From positions 15,929 through 79,928 of the forward strand of contig JAFPXD010000067.1 in NCBI GenBank assembly GCA_017394835.1: a DNA stretch of 64,000 nt, in the 5' to 3' direction. The notes beneath the pieces were generated by a model. That model searched no databases. It saw only the letters and a program-made list of their open reading frames with translations, and had not been told where the DNA came from. Source of the stretch: Clostridia bacterium (GTDB lineage Bacteria > Bacillota > Clostridia > Christensenellales > CAG-138). The position numbers and the translations under genes were made by a program. Shown here piece after piece: positions 46,037-54,102 of the stretch; within the stretch, counting starts at the first letter, position 1, and each line of letters opens with the position of its first letter.

Positions 46037-47173
46037 TCATTCCTCCGTAAAAAAGTTCAGGTATCCGCGGGCGTTTTCGGTCTCGCCCAGGACCCCGTAT
46101 TCCTTTGAAAACATTATCATTTCAACGCTCATCCCGTCGCCTGCGCGGTGGGAAAGATTTGCTTTCGCCCTTGCCGTGACGCTTTTGAGAGCGGCTTTTT
46201 CAAGCACGGGATCGGCCTCGCGCATGAGGCGCACAGCCTCGTCGCAGGCGACGCATTCCAGCATCTTTTTAATAAGTCCCGTGTCCGCTCCCGCCGCGCC
46301 CGCGTGGGCGGCCAGTATCTCCATGCGGCAGTCGCCGTATTTGGAGTGGGTGTTCATCATATTGCCAGCGAGCTTCACGAGTTTCCCGATATGTCCTATC
46401 AGCAGGAGCCTTTTGAAGCCGAGCTCACGGCAAATATCAAGCGTATCCCCTATGAAATTTGAAGTCTGCACGGCTTTTTCCGGGTCTGTGCCGAGGCTCG
46501 CTCTTATGAACTCCGCTCCGTAATTGCCGGGGGTCAGAAGCGCGGTTTCAAACCCCAAAGCCCTTCTTTGTGAAAGCTCGGCGCGGATCGTATCGACGAG
46601 CGCCTTTTCGCTCATTGGCTCCACTATGCCCGTCGTACCGAGCACCGATATGCCTCCGACGATGCCGAGCCGTGGATTGAAGGTCTTTTTCGCAAGCTCC
46701 TTACCCTGTGGTATGGATATCACTACGGAAAGCCCCTCACCGCAGTCGAAAAGCTTCATGACCTCCTCTGTGTTTTCCTTTATCATGAGCCGCGGTACGG
46801 AGTTTATAGCCGCGTTCCCGACAGGCTGATCGAGGCCGGGCTTTGTAACTCTGCCCACTCCCTCGCCCCCGTCGATAGTCACTCCGGGCGTGTTCGAATA
46901 CGTTACGCAAGAATACACTAGCGCGCCGTCCGTTATATCGGGATCGTCGCCCGCATCCTTTCTGACCGCACAGGATACGGCGGTATCGCTCATTGCTATA
47001 TCCTCAATATCGAGCTCGAGCGTTATTCCCTTCGGCGTTTCGAGCGTAATATGCTCCTTGCGTCTGCCGGATAAAAGCATATAGGCCGCCGCCTTCGAGG
47101 CCGCCGCCGCGCAGGAGCCGGTAGTATAGCCGAGTCTTAATCTTTTGCCGTCCTGAATGATAAATTCGTTCAT
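46037..47173 (-). CDS. cbiD: Cobalt-precorrin-5B C1-methyltransferase (CbiD)
   Basis: LRLGYTTGSCAAAASKAA and GISVLGTTGIVEPMS motifs. Confidence 0.9.
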   Translation of the reverse strand: MNEFIIQDGKRLRLGYTTGSCAAAASKAAAYMLLSGRRKEHITLETPKGITLELDIEDIAMSDTAVSCAVRKDAGDDPDITDGALVYSCVTYSNTPGVTIDGGEGVGRVTKPGLDQPVGNAAINSVPRLMIKENTEEVMKLFDCGEGLSVVISIPQGKELAKKTFNPRLGIVGGISVLGTTGIVEPMSEKALVDTIRAELSQRRALGFETALLTPGNYGAEFIRASLGTDPEKAVQTSNFIGDTLDICRELGFKRLLLIGHIGKLVKLAGNMMNTHSKYGDCRMEILAAHAGAAGADTGLIKKMLECVACDEAVRLMREADPVLEKAALKSVTARAKANLSHRAGDGMSVEMIMFSKEYGVLGETENARGYLNFFTEE

Positions 47174-47799
47174 TTCGTTATCCGGTAAAGCATTGCGTTG
47201 ACTATAGCCGCGGCAACGTTAGAGCCGCCCTTCCTGCCGCGCGCAACGATGTGCGGCACGGAGGACGCGATGATCAGTTCCTTCGATTCCACTACGTTCA
47301 CGAAGCCCACGGGCACGCCTATTATGAGCTTCGGGGAAAGCCGCCCCTCCCTCATCAGCTCGTCCAATGCGATAAGCGCCGTCGGCGCGTTGCCTATCGC
47401 GAATATAAGCGGCTTTTCAAGCTTCGCCGCCTTCTCCATGGAGACCGCGGCGCGGGTGACGCCGCGCGCCTTGGCTTCAGCCGCCACGTCGTCATCGCTC
47501 ATGAAGCAGCGGACCTCCCCGCCGAGCTTCGAAAGGGCCGCTTTGCTTATTCCCGCTTTTGCCATCTGCGTATCGGTCACTATATCGCAGCCGCTGTTAA
47601 GGGCTTCGATCCCGATCTTTACCGCATTTTCGGAAAAAACGAGGTTGTTGACGTACTCGAAATCGGCGGTCGTGTGAATGACGCGCTTTATTACGGGCTC
47701 GTTTTCGGGATCGAGCACGACTCCCTCTTCGGCAAGGATGCCGGAGATGATCTCAAAGCTGCGTTTTTCTATATCCATGGGTCTTAATATCTCAAACAC
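47170..47799 (-). CDS. cbiC: Cobalt-precorrin-8 methylmutase (CbiC)
   Basis: IEKRSFEII, VIHTTADF and IGNAPTAL motifs. GTG 47799 is preceded by AAGGAG. Confidence 0.9.
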   Translation of the reverse strand: MFEILRPMDIEKRSFEIISGILAEEGVVLDPENEPVIKRVIHTTADFEYVNNLVFSENAVKIGIEALNSGCDIVTDTQMAKAGISKAALSKLGGEVRCFMSDDDVAAEAKARGVTRAAVSMEKAAKLEKPLIFAIGNAPTALIALDELMREGRLSPKLIIGVPVGFVNVVESKELIIASSVPHIVARGRKGGSNVAAAIVNAMLYRITK

Positions 47800-49147
47800 G
47801 ATGCTTCTCCTTTATGCAGGCGTTGTAAAAGCCCGCGGCAAATACTGGGTTCGCGTAAAAATGGATGTGCGGATAGCCCGCGTAAAGCGTTTCTGAGGCG
47901 TGTACGCAGGGCCAGCTCCTGCCGTCGGGCTTTCGCGCGGTAAAGTCCCCGCCCGGGCGCTCCGCATCCCAATGATGGAATTCGTGCGCGGGGATGCTCC
48001 CGCCCGCCGGGCAAAGCATATTATCGCGCTCGGCGGTCAGCGTGACGTAGCCGAAGCGCGTGAGCCTTCCGTTATCGAAGCTCCTTCCCTTTATCAAGCC
48101 GACCATGGGAAGCGCGCCAATCGCCTCCGTCAGATACATGAAGCCGCCGCATTCGGCAATGCAAGGCAAGCCTTTTTTCAAGGCTTTGCTTATGCTTTCG
48201 CGCATTGATATGTTTGCAGAAAGCTCCTTTGCGTAAAGCTCCGGATAGCCTCCGCCGAGGTAAAGGCCGCAAACGTTTTCGGGAAGCCGCTCATCCTCCA
48301 TGGGGCTGAACGGTATGAGCTCGGCGCCCATCTCGCGCAGAAGCTCCAGGCTGTCTTCATAGTAAAAACAGAACGCCTTATCACGGGCGACCGCTATGCG
48401 GACGGGCTCGCGTTTTTCGGTCTTGACCGCTTCGTATAAAAGCTTCGGCGCGGTTCCCGCCAATTCCATGACCCCGTCAATATCGAGGCTCTTTTCCGCC
48501 TGTTCGGCAAGTCTTTGCAGTTTTTCCTTTATATCAGAGATCTCTTCCGCGGTTACAAGCCCCAGATGGCGGCTGCCTATCTCGCATTCCGCCATGCGCG
48601 GCATGAAGCCGAGGGGCTTTATGCCGAGTCGGGAGCTAATCTCCGGAGCAAGCGCCGAATACACCTTCCCGGAGCAGTTGTTGAGAATTACGCCCTTTAT
48701 CAAGCTTTCCGGCACGAATTCCGAAAAGCCCTTTATCTGCGCCAATACGGAAAGCGAGGCGCCCTTCGCGTTCACGATGAGGACCGCGGGCGTTTCGGTA
48801 ACTCCTGCAAGATCGTACGCGCTCGCCTTCATCGTCGTAAGGCCGAGCCCGTCATAATAGCCCATCACGCCCTCTATGACGGTGATATCCCTTCCCCTTC
48901 CGTTTTTCGCAAGCAGGAAGCGAAGCGTGTTTTCATCGAAAAAGAACGGATCGAGATTGGATGATGGCGCGCCGATGACCTTTCTGTGGAACATCGGGTC
49001 TATGTAATCGGGGCCGCATTTGGCTCCGCCCACATCTATCCCGCGATTTTTGAGCGCCTGCAGCACGGCGCAGGTCACGGTCGTTTTTCCGCAGCCCGAG
49101 CCCGTGCCGGCTATGATCACCCTTTTTACGCTTGCTTCCTCAATCAT
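47792..49147 (-). CDS. cbiA: Cobyrinate a,c-diamide synthase (CbiA)
   Basis: GTGSGCGKTTVT P-loop and GATase domain AECGGFMYL. ATG 49147; the track start at 49180 is an extension. Confidence 0.9.
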   Translation of the reverse strand: MIEEASVKRVIIAGTGSGCGKTTVTCAVLQALKNRGIDVGGAKCGPDYIDPMFHRKVIGAPSSNLDPFFFDENTLRFLLAKNGRGRDITVIEGVMGYYDGLGLTTMKASAYDLAGVTETPAVLIVNAKGASLSVLAQIKGFSEFVPESLIKGVILNNCSGKVYSALAPEISSRLGIKPLGFMPRMAECEIGSRHLGLVTAEEISDIKEKLQRLAEQAEKSLDIDGVMELAGTAPKLLYEAVKTEKREPVRIAVARDKAFCFYYEDSLELLREMGAELIPFSPMEDERLPENVCGLYLGGGYPELYAKELSANISMRESISKALKKGLPCIAECGGFMYLTEAIGALPMVGLIKGRSFDNGRLTRFGYVTLTAERDNMLCPAGGSIPAHEFHHWDAERPGGDFTARKPDGRSWPCVHASETLYAGYPHIHFYANPVFAAGFYNACIKEKHRV

Positions 49148-50234
49148 AGTGCAAAAGCCCCTTTTCCTTTGCGATCTCAAGCAGTTTACCGTTATACTCG
49201 TTGAGTTTTCCGATAGGAGCGCCCGCGTCTATCACTTCCTCGCAGGACAGCATGAGCGCCCGCGCCCTAATAAAATGCTCTTCCCGCATGGGCTCGAACG
49301 CCGTCGCCGTAACGCATTCCGAAGCAAGATTATTTGCGACGGCTGCATCCACGTCGTTTTCAAACAGTATCCCCGCGGCAAAAGGCACGCGCTCCCTTTG
49401 CAGTCTTCTCATGACGGGGATGCCGAAGCCGGCTCCAGCTATTACGAATACCTTGGGCTTCCCTTCCGCTTTTTCAAGCTCAACGCTTCCGAACGCGGCG
49501 TTATAGGAACCCTTTTTAAGATCGTAGAGCTCCTCAATGGGGACCTTTTTTATGACCTCATCGGGCGTGCCGAATGCGGCGATCGTCTCCCCCTTAACGC
49601 AAAGGAGCAGATCCGAAGCTTTCGCCGCAAGATCCGTTTCGTGCAGGCTCATTATCACCGTAACGCCGCGCTCGCGGGCAAGATACCTTAAAACGGAAAG
49701 CAGCTCCGTCTTGTGCTTTATATCGAGGAAGGCCGTCGGCTCGTCAAGTATCAGAAGCTCCGGCTGCTGAGCAAGCGCGCGCGCAAGAATAACGCGCTGC
49801 TTCTGACCGTCCGAAAGGGTCATAAAATCGCGATCCGCAAGCGGCTTAACGCTGACGAGCTCAAGCGAGTCGTCAACAATGCGTTTATCTTCATCGGTCA
49901 TTCGTCCGACAATATTCGTATAGGGGTATCTGCCGAGTTCGACGATCTCGCGCACCGAAAGCAGTTCGGGCCTTATACGGTCGGTAAGCACGACGGCCTG
50001 TTTTTTGGCAAGCTCCTTCACCGTCATCGCCGAAAGCTCCCCGCCTTCGATCGCGACCGTGCCGCGGATCGCCGCAAGCTGGCGGGCGATCGTCTTCAAT
50101 ATGGTTGATTTGCCCGAGCCGTTGGGCCCGATGAGCGTGAGTATCCCGCCCTTTTCGAGCGCTATATCTATATCGCGGATAAGCGTTTTTCCGTTATAAC
50201 CGACTGCAAGGCCGCGCGTTTCAAAAAAGCTCAT
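49140..50234 (-). CDS. BtuD/FecE-like ABC importer ATPase with a ~110-aa C-terminal extension
   Basis: Walker A GPNGSGKST, signature LSDGQKQRV, Walker B LLILDEPTAFLD, then an extra domain KVFVIAGAGFGIPVMRRL...LLHYD. ATGA overlap with the permease. Confidence 0.85.
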   Translation of the reverse strand: MSFFETRGLAVGYNGKTLIRDIDIALEKGGILTLIGPNGSGKSTILKTIARQLAAIRGTVAIEGGELSAMTVKELAKKQAVVLTDRIRPELLSVREIVELGRYPYTNIVGRMTDEDKRIVDDSLELVSVKPLADRDFMTLSDGQKQRVILARALAQQPELLILDEPTAFLDIKHKTELLSVLRYLARERGVTVIMSLHETDLAAKASDLLLCVKGETIAAFGTPDEVIKKVPIEELYDLKKGSYNAAFGSVELEKAEGKPKVFVIAGAGFGIPVMRRLQRERVPFAAGILFENDVDAAVANNLASECVTATAFEPMREEHFIRARALMLSCEEVIDAGAPIGKLNEYNGKLLEIAKEKGLLHYD

Positions 50235-51268
50235 GCCGACTCCCTTCTGCGACGCGAGATCATCATTGAGATCACTATCGGAGCGCCGAATATGCTCGTG
50301 ACCGTGCCTATATTGAGCTCGGTAGGCGCGAATACGGTCCTTGCGATAAGATCGCAGAACACGCAGAATACCGCCCCCGCCAGGAACGCCGCGGGGATCA
50401 CAAAAGCGGGACGGGACGTTTTAAGAAGCCTTCTTGTAATATGGGGTACGGCGATCCCCACGAATGAGATCGGGCCCGCAAGCGCCGTCACGCAGGCTGA
50501 AAGCAGGCTTGAAAGAAGTATCAGCGCAACACGGAAAGGCTTTACCGAAACGCCCATGCTTTTTGCGTACCCTTCGCCCAATGCATAAGCGCCCATGGGC
50601 TTTGAAAGCAGCCATGAAGTCAATACCGCGGGCAGGCAGATGACGGCCGCCGTAACTACCGAATCCCAGCCCTTTCCCGAGAAGGTTCCCATGGACCAGT
50701 ATTTGAGATTTACTATATCCTGTTCGGAAGCGAAAGTGACCGCCATATCGGTGACCGCAGAGCAGATATACCCCACCATTATGCCGACCACGAGCAGCAG
50801 CTCCATGTTCTTGACCTTTTGAGAAAAGAGCAGTACGAGCGCGGTTATGAGCAGCGAGCCCAAAAAGGCAGCGGCTACCGTCACTCCCGGGCTCATGGCG
50901 ATCCTGCCCGTCAGGAATATCATCGTGATCCCCACTATCATTTTAGCGCCCGAGGATATGCCGAGCACGAACGGACCCGCTATCGGATTGCGGAAGAAGC
51001 TTTGGAGCAGGAAGCCCGAAACAGCGAGCGCGCCGCCCAAAAGCGCCGCCAAAAGCATTCGCGGCATTCGGACGTTGAAGAGGATAATGCTTTCTGTCGA
51101 TGCGTCCTTTCCGTTAAACAGGAGCGCCCGGATCTCCCCGAGGGTCAGGCGCACGGAGCCTATCGCGAGATTCAGAAACAGCGCCGCCGCGAGCAGACCG
51201 AAAAGAAGCATCATCACTGCGGCGAAGCGGCTTACCGTATTTCTTTTTGAAGCGTTTTCGGCGCGCAT
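50231..51268 (-). CDS. BtuC/FecCD-family ABC importer permease
   Basis: About 9-10 TM helices with FecCD hallmarks (PRMLLAALLGGALAVSG, VGIAVPHITR). GGAGGG RBS precedes ATG 51268. First gene after the riboswitch. Confidence 0.85.
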   Translation of the reverse strand: MRAENASKRNTVSRFAAVMMLLFGLLAAALFLNLAIGSVRLTLGEIRALLFNGKDASTESIILFNVRMPRMLLAALLGGALAVSGFLLQSFFRNPIAGPFVLGISSGAKMIVGITMIFLTGRIAMSPGVTVAAAFLGSLLITALVLLFSQKVKNMELLLVVGIMVGYICSAVTDMAVTFASEQDIVNLKYWSMGTFSGKGWDSVVTAAVICLPAVLTSWLLSKPMGAYALGEGYAKSMGVSVKPFRVALILLSSLLSACVTALAGPISFVGIAVPHITRRLLKTSRPAFVIPAAFLAGAVFCVFCDLIARTVFAPTELNIGTVTSIFGAPIVISMMISRRRRESA

Positions 51269-51278
51269 ATACCCTCCG

Positions 51279-51572
51279 AAAAAACAATAAAAGACCGAGC
51301 ATGGCAATAAGCATGCACGGCCGTTTTTCCGCACTTAAACAAACGCCTCCGCCTTCTGTCCTTCGGCTCAAGGCTCACTCAAGCAGGTCTTCCGGCTTGC
51401 GCATCAACGGCTTTGGGAGCGCCTTCTCGGGCAAATTGCCCAATGGCCGACTTTCGTCCGCTCCCGCCTTCGCGCTTACGGCGGCGGTTCCGCTCGGGAT
51501 TTTCACCCGATTGTCTATTCTCCCCCAAAGGCAGTTGAGCCAAAGGGGGCACTCGAGTTCTTTCGTCACAGC
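51279..51572 (-). promoter_or_regulatory. Cobalamin riboswitch (minus strand) with intrinsic terminator expression platform
   Basis: Minus-strand core GGGTGAAAATCCCGAGCGGAACCGCCGCCGTAAGC (reverse complement of ~51471-51510). B12 box GCCGGAAGACCTGC (reverse complement of 51383-51396). Terminator CCGTGCATG-loop-CATGCTCGG plus TCTTTTATTGTTTTTT (complement 51279-51320). Confidence 0.88.
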
Positions 51573-51573
51573 T

Positions 51574-51602
51574 ATTTTAATGTTTGGGAAACGGTTTGTC
51601 AA
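51574..51602 (-). promoter_or_regulatory. Sigma-A promoter (TTGACA-17 nt-TAAAAT) of the btuCD-cbi operon
   Basis: The reverse complement of 51597-51602 is TTGACA, and of 51574-51579 is TAAAAT. Confidence 0.75.
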
Positions 51603-51648
51603 GCTATGGCTGAACAATGCTGTTTTGAAAATATATTGGCTTTACGTG

Positions 51649-51677
51649 TTGACAAAACCTTTAATGGGAGTTATGCT
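51649..51677 (+). promoter_or_regulatory. Sigma-A promoter (TTGACA-17 nt-TATGCT) of the lipoprotein operon
   Basis: -35 at 51649-51654 and -10 at 51672-51677. Confidence 0.7.
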
Positions 51678-51694
51678 CAAAATAATCGAATAAG

Positions 51695-51978
51695 CGTTTG
51701 AGTGCGCCGCCCTGCCTTCGGGCTCTGCGGCGAGAATAGGGAATCCGGTGCAAATCCGGAACGGTACCGCCACTGTATGCGCGTAGAAACCGTCATGTGA
51801 CGAAAGTCGGTCATTGAGGGAAACCTTGAGAAGGCTGATGTCGGTTTTGCTGATGCGTGAGTCAGGAGACCTGCTTGGATGTGTGTTATCGGTGCGCCCT
51901 CGGTCGTGGGGCGGATCGGTATGCTTTATGTGTGCATATCTTTAAGCGGAGCGGTATTCAGGCTCCGCTTTTATTATT
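51695..51978 (+). promoter_or_regulatory. Cobalamin riboswitch (plus strand) with intrinsic terminator expression platform
   Basis: Core AATAGGGAATCCGGTGCAAATCCGGAACGGTACCGCCACTGTA (51734-51776). B12 box GTCAGGAGACCTGC (51861-51874). Terminator AGCGGAGC-loop-GCTCCGCT plus TTTTATTATTT (51945-51978). Confidence 0.92.
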
Positions 51979-52042
51979 TCAGACGCGTATTCTTATTGGA
52001 TAATATTTGCCCTCAGGGGCTTAAACATCAGGAGGTTTTACA

Positions 52043-53224
52043 ATGAAAAAACTCGTAAAGATCCTTAGCATCGCCCTTGCTCTCTGCATGGCGCTGGGCC
52101 TCGCCGCCTGTGCGAAGAAGCCCGTTCCCGATGCGCAGAAGACCGACAAAGAGCTCGCCGACGAAGTCGCCAAGCTCATTGACGCCATCTACGTTCAGGC
52201 CCGCACCGATAAGACCGATGAGGAGTGCGCCGCCGCAAAGGCCGCGTGGGACAAGCTCACCGACGCTCAGAAGGAGCTCGTCGAAGGCGAAGAGGCAGAT
52301 CCCGATTACTTCGGCCGCGACACCGGCGACGCCAAGAAGGACGATCCCCGCAACGCGGACGAGATCGGCGAAAAGGAGCTGCTCGTCGTTTCCTTCGGCA
52401 CCTCTTTCAACGACAGCCGCGCTCTTGACATAAAGGGCATCGAGGACGCCATTGCCGCCGCATTCCCCGAGTGGAGCGTGCGCCGCGCCTTCACCGCGCA
52501 GATCATCATCAACCACGTTCAGGCCCGCGATAACGAGAAGATCGACAACATGGATCAGGCTCTCGAGCGCGCCGTCGCCAACGGCGTAAAGACCCTCGTC
52601 ATCCAGCCCACCCACCTTATGCACGGCGCCGAGTATGACGAGCTCAAGGCCGCCGCCGACAAGTATGCCGACAAGATCGAAAAGATCATCATTTCCGAGC
52701 CTCTCCTCGGTGAAGTGGGCGCGGACGCTTCCGCCGTCAACACCGATAAGGAAGCCGTAGCCAAGGCCGTTGTAGCCGCCGCCGTTGCCGACGCCGGTTT
52801 TGCCACCATTGAGGAAGCAGAAGCCGCGGGCACCGCTTTCGTACTCATGGGTCACGGCACCTCCCACACCGCGAAGGTCAGCTATTCCCAGATGCAGGCG
52901 CAGATGAACGCGCTGGGCTACAAGAACGTATTTATCGGCACCGTTGAGGGCGAGCCCGAAGAGACCGCCTGCGAAGCCGTTATCGAGGCCGTTTCCGCCG
53001 CCGGTTACAAGAACGTCGTGCTCCGTCCTCTTATGGTCGTAGCCGGCGATCACGCCAATAACGATATGGCCGACGCCGAGGATCCCGAATCCTGGCTCTC
53101 CATGTTCACCGCTTCCAAGAAGTTCGAGAAGATCGACTGTCAGATCGCCGGTCTCGGCCGTCTTGCTGACGTCCAGGCGCTTTACGTTGCTCATGCTCAG
53201 GCGGCTGTTGATTCCGCCAACTGA
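52043..53224 (+). CDS. cbiK: Lipoprotein-anchored (exported) sirohydrochlorin cobaltochelatase CbiK homologue
   Basis: Signal peptide with lipobox LAAC and a ~75-aa charged linker. Class-II chelatase core: LLVVSFGTSFNDSR, RRAFT, QPTHLMHGAEYDEL and LMGHGTSH. RBS AGGAGG. Confidence 0.8.
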   Translation: MKKLVKILSIALALCMALGLAACAKKPVPDAQKTDKELADEVAKLIDAIYVQARTDKTDEECAAAKAAWDKLTDAQKELVEGEEADPDYFGRDTGDAKKDDPRNADEIGEKELLVVSFGTSFNDSRALDIKGIEDAIAAAFPEWSVRRAFTAQIIINHVQARDNEKIDNMDQALERAVANGVKTLVIQPTHLMHGAEYDELKAAADKYADKIEKIIISEPLLGEVGADASAVNTDKEAVAKAVVAAAVADAGFATIEEAEAAGTAFVLMGHGTSHTAKVSYSQMQAQMNALGYKNVFIGTVEGEPEETACEAVIEAVSAAGYKNVVLRPLMVVAGDHANNDMADAEDPESWLSMFTASKKFEKIDCQIAGLGRLADVQALYVAHAQAAVDSAN

Positions 53225-53232
53225 TAATACGA

Positions 53233-54027
53233 ATGAACATCAGAAAGACTTTTTCATTTTTCCTCTGTGCCGCCGTCCTGTGTCTTCTGTTCGCCGCGTG
53301 CGGGCAGAAGCCGGACGGTAAGGCGCCGATCGCGGACGGAGTCTATTCCGCCGATTTCAAGACGGACGGCTCCATGTTCCACGTGAACGAGGCCCATCAC
53401 GGCAAGGGCACCCTCACCGTTAAGGACGGCAAGATGACCATTCACATCACCATGCCTTCCAAGAACACGGTCAACCTGTTCCCGGGCCTTGCCGAGGATG
53501 CGCAGAAGGAAGGCGCCGAGCTCATACAGCCGACTCTGGATACCGTCACATATGAAGATGGCACGACCGAGGAGGTCTATGGCTTCGATATCCCCGTTCC
53601 CTATCTCGATAAGGAATTCGACTGCGCGCTCGTGGGCACCAAGGGCAAGTGGTACGATCATAAGGTATCCGTATCAAATCCCCAGCCCGTTTCCGATAAC
53701 GCCGAGTCCATAAAGGACGGCGAGTACCTCTGCGAGGTCACCCTGTCCGGCGGAAGCGGCAAGGCGAGCATCGAAAGCCCCGCGAAGATAACCGTGAAGG
53801 ACGGAAAAATGACCGCCGTGATCGTATGGTCGAGCAGCCATTACGAATACATGACGATCGGCGAGGTCAAGTATGAGCCCGTCAATACCGAGGGCAATTC
53901 CACGTTCGAGATACCCGTCGAGCTCGATCGCGATATAGCGGTATCGGCTCTCACCACAGCCATGAGCGAACCGCATCTTATCGATTACACCATCCGCTTC
54001 GACGGTTCCACCATTAAGTCCAACTGA
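53233..54027 (+). CDS. Lipoprotein of unknown function with an internal tandem duplication
   Basis: Signal peptide with lipobox FAAC. Two ~125-aa repeats each carry DG-x-Y ... TVKDGKMT (DNA 53416-53439 versus 53791-53814). Confidence 0.7.
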   Translation: MNIRKTFSFFLCAAVLCLLFAACGQKPDGKAPIADGVYSADFKTDGSMFHVNEAHHGKGTLTVKDGKMTIHITMPSKNTVNLFPGLAEDAQKEGAELIQPTLDTVTYEDGTTEEVYGFDIPVPYLDKEFDCALVGTKGKWYDHKVSVSNPQPVSDNAESIKDGEYLCEVTLSGGSGKASIESPAKITVKDGKMTAVIVWSSSHYEYMTIGEVKYEPVNTEGNSTFEIPVELDRDIAVSALTTAMSEPHLIDYTIRFDGSTIKSN

Positions 54028-54102
54028 TTTGGCTCCGTGTGTCTTCTGCGTGCGTCGGCATGTTCGGCGTGCGCAGAAGTTTTCACTATGTAAAGGAGGA
54101 TC

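Noticed and set aside
45411-46523. 370-aa plus-strand ORF
   Set aside because: It is antisense to cbiF and cbiD, which carry clear methyltransferase motifs on the minus strand.
51247-51693. 148-aa (plus) and 80-aa (minus) ORFs in the 0.7-kb intergenic region
   Set aside because: They lie inside the two cobalamin riboswitch leaders and the divergent promoters. They have no RBS. The region is explained by RNA structure.
52028-53194. 388-aa minus-strand ORF
   Set aside because: It is antisense to the exported cbiK homologue, and the translation is a Gly/Leu/Val repeat-like sequence without motifs.
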